DNA of 61,891 nt, counting the filler. It is 3 parts of 3 records of this genome, joined end to end, with 100 filler letters (N's around TTAATTAATTAA, not from the genome) between each part and the next. Parts side by side here need not be neighbours in the genome. Positions count along the whole stretch, not along the records: positions 50,885 to 61,891 come from SRR31156797_2193; 2 more parts are not named here. The stretch is one strand, 5' to 3'. Positions within the stretch are counted from its first letter, which is position 1, and each line of letters starts with the position of its first letter. The position numbers were made by a program, and so were the translations under genes. Under the pieces are notes generated by a model, which was not told the DNA's origin, searched no databases, and was given only the letters and a program-made list of their open reading frames with translations. Below are positions 59,584 through 61,891 of this stretch, one piece after another.

Positions 59584-60278
59584 TTGCCTGCCTCCTTCTT
59601 AAGTTTCTCAAGTTCAAGATCAACGCTTGTATTTGCATTTATTTTTGCAAGTTCCCTGTCAATGTCATCTCCACTGCTGGTAAGGTCATCAAGTACGCCT
59701 ACCTCTATGAGCTCATCAAGTGCTGATGCACGTGCCTTCATTTCCTCGGTTTTGTTCTCAGCCCTGTCTATTGCCATACCCACATCTGCCATTTCCTCGC
59801 TTATGCCGGAAACAGACTCATTGATCTTTACCTGGGCTTCAGCTGCGGAATACTGGGCTTTGATGGTTTCTTTCTTTGTCCTGAAGACTTCTACCTTGGT
59901 TGAAAGGCGTTTCTCAGCTGCAACAAGTTTCTCCTGTTCCTGCTCCAGATCAGCTATCTGCTGGTCGAGTCCCTGCATCTGTACAACAAGGGCGCTCTTT
60001 CTCTCAAGTGCAAGACGTGCAAGGTCTTCCCTGTCAGCCTGAATGGATTCTTTTGCCTGAGAATCAAGTTTTGCAATGTTCTGCTGCAGTTTGGACTTTT
60101 GCAACTGAAGTCTCTTTTTGGATGTTGTTACTTCTGCAACACCTTTTTTCACATCCTGGAGCATTTCAAGTTGTTTTTCATATGAATAATCCAGTGTCTC
60201 CCTGGGATCTTCCATACGATTCATTAGTTTATTCATTTTTGATTTGACTACTATTCCCATTCTGTCAAAAAATCCCAT
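59580..60278 (-). CDS. pspA: Phage shock protein A (PspA/IM30)
   Basis: MGFFDR, EDP, REDLARLAL coiled coil. Confidence 0.92.
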   Translation of the reverse strand: MGFFDRMGIVVKSKMNKLMNRMEDPRETLDYSYEKQLEMLQDVKKGVAEVTTSKKRLQLQKSKLQQNIAKLDSQAKESIQADREDLARLALERKSALVVQMQGLDQQIADLEQEQEKLVAAEKRLSTKVEVFRTKKETIKAQYSAAEAQVKINESVSGISEEMADVGMAIDRAENKTEEMKARASALDELIEVGVLDDLTSSGDDIDRELAKINANTSVDLELEKLKKEAGK

Positions 60279-60436
60279 GTAATTCCTCCTTAGATTACAA
60301 TACTACAAATAATCATATAAAGTGCAAACTTGCATAAATGCCTTGCCAAATATCTGGAATATAGTATAAAATGAAAAAATGAATAGAGCCAAAAACTACC
60401 ATAAACCCAATTAAAGATAAGAATTAACTTATTCCT

Positions 60437-61876
60437 ATGTCAGGCAGGTATAAGTTACCGGATCCTATTTCACTAATTCATCCGCGTTCGTTAAAGAACC
60501 TCAATCACCATCTCCAGGAGCTTGTAAAGGGCCGGCTCTGGCTAAAGATAATAATCGGAATGTTGCTGGGTATTGTTACAGGCCTTGTGCTTGGTCCCTC
60601 AACCGGCACTTTAAGCCAGGAAATGGCTTATACGATTGGTGAATGGTTGGCACTGCCAGGATATCTGTTCCTTGCATTGCTCCAGATGATAGTCGTACCC
60701 CTTGTTTTTGCCTCGATAATCAGGGGAATTGCAGCAGGAGAGGATATGGAGCAACTAAAGAAAATAGGATTGAGGACAGTTGCTTATTTCCTGGTTACAA
60801 CTGCACTGGCAATTCTTATAGGACTGACACTTGCACTATCAATCAACCCCGGTACATACATCAGCAGCGACCTTGTACAGGGTTCAGTGACATCAGATAC
60901 AACTCAGACGGAAAATTCGGGAATAGGTTCATTTGAGATATCGGAACTTCCCGGAATGATTACAACTATTGTGCCTACAAATCCCCTTGGATCACTTGCA
61001 ACAGGGCAGATGCTACAGGTAGTAATATTTTCCATTATAATAGGGATTGCCCTTGTGTCTATGTCACCAGCCCAATCCAAGCCTCTGCTTGAACTCTTGG
61101 GGTCATTGCAGGAAGTTACCATGACAGTTGTGCGCTGGAGCATGCTTCTTGCACCTATAGCTGTTTTTGGCCTCATGAGCAAATTCACCCTGAATCTGGG
61201 AATTGATGCTTTAAAAGGAATGCTGGTCTATGTTGGAACGGTTCTTTTAGGACTGCTTTTGATGTTGATCATGTATATGCTTGTCATTATGATATTTGCC
61301 GGCAAGAACCCTTTTGCATTCCTCAGGTCGATAAAGGATGTACTATTACTCGCATTCTCAACATCCAGTTCTGCTGCGGTAATGCCACTTTCAATTAAGA
61401 CCGCTGAGGAAAATATTGGTGTCAGGCCATCGATATCCCAGTTTGTTATTCCCCTTGGTGCTACCATCAATATGAACGGTACGGCTCTTTACCAGAGTAT
61501 AGCAGCTGTATTCCTTGCGCAGGCATTTGGCATAGATCTTGGATTTGGAGAATTGTTGCTGATCATGGTCACTGTGGTTGGAGCCTCCATAGGTACACCA
61601 TCAACCCCAGGTGTTGGTATTGTTATCCTTGCCATGATCCTGAATAGTGTTGGCATACCCACCTCAGGTATTGCACTTATTATCGGAGTGGACAGGATAC
61701 TTGACATGAGTCGTACTGCCGTTAATGTGACAGGCGACCTTGTTACATGTACTATTATGGACAAGTGGGTCACAGGTAAGAAAACAGCTAGCGAGGAGTT
61801 CATTGACGTATCAAACCGTGAGGCACAAAGAAGAGTTCTCGACGAAGATGTTATCGTTACTGTACCTGAAGAATGA
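60437..61876 (+). CDS. Dicarboxylate/amino acid:cation symporter (DAACS)
   Basis: AFSTSSSAAVMP, GATINMNGT, VDRILDMSRTAVNVTGD. Confidence 0.93.
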   Translation: MSGRYKLPDPISLIHPRSLKNLNHHLQELVKGRLWLKIIIGMLLGIVTGLVLGPSTGTLSQEMAYTIGEWLALPGYLFLALLQMIVVPLVFASIIRGIAAGEDMEQLKKIGLRTVAYFLVTTALAILIGLTLALSINPGTYISSDLVQGSVTSDTTQTENSGIGSFEISELPGMITTIVPTNPLGSLATGQMLQVVIFSIIIGIALVSMSPAQSKPLLELLGSLQEVTMTVVRWSMLLAPIAVFGLMSKFTLNLGIDALKGMLVYVGTVLLGLLLMLIMYMLVIMIFAGKNPFAFLRSIKDVLLLAFSTSSSAAVMPLSIKTAEENIGVRPSISQFVIPLGATINMNGTALYQSIAAVFLAQAFGIDLGFGELLLIMVTVVGASIGTPSTPGVGIVILAMILNSVGIPTSGIALIIGVDRILDMSRTAVNVTGDLVTCTIMDKWVTGKKTASEEFIDVSNREAQRRVLDEDVIVTVPEE

Positions 61877-61891
61877 TCGTGATGTATGCCT

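Overview
The window is three unrelated contigs joined by artificial N44-TTAATTAATTAA-N44 spacers (31070-31169 and 50785-50884). Contig 1 (1-31069) looks like a Desulfovibrionaceae genome (inference). It carries a glycerol regulon (glpQ, glpR, glpD, glpF, glpK), three orphan sensor kinases and a partial tRNA-Pro. It also has two genes the ORF track misses or truncates: a UxxC selenocysteine DsbA/FrnE protein with a SECIS-like hairpin, and a 52-aa zinc-ribbon protein. Contig 2 (31170-50784) looks like another Desulfobacterota organism and holds the main result, a complete paeninodin-type lasso-peptide cluster. Its 59-aa precursor (37663-37842, minus strand, predicted core SGGDGYTDGTAYQYSS) is below the ORF-track cutoff. 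The cluster encodes a cyclase, an RRE/PqqD, a B2 peptidase, an ABC exporter, an HPr-kinase-like kinase and a sulfotransferase. Embedded in it is a GNAT + DUF6916-like + 3x phage-tail-collar module of unknown function. A repeat-flanked integron-integrase relic and hydantoinase A/B genes follow. Contig 3 (50885-61891) looks like a Methanosarcinaceae archaeon: pyrD/pyrK, feoA with a DtxR-type box, a U32 protein, a hybrid kinase, an RbgA-like GTPase, HtpX-PspAB/PspAA-PspA and a DAACS symporter. All calls come from reading motifs by eye; no database search was run.
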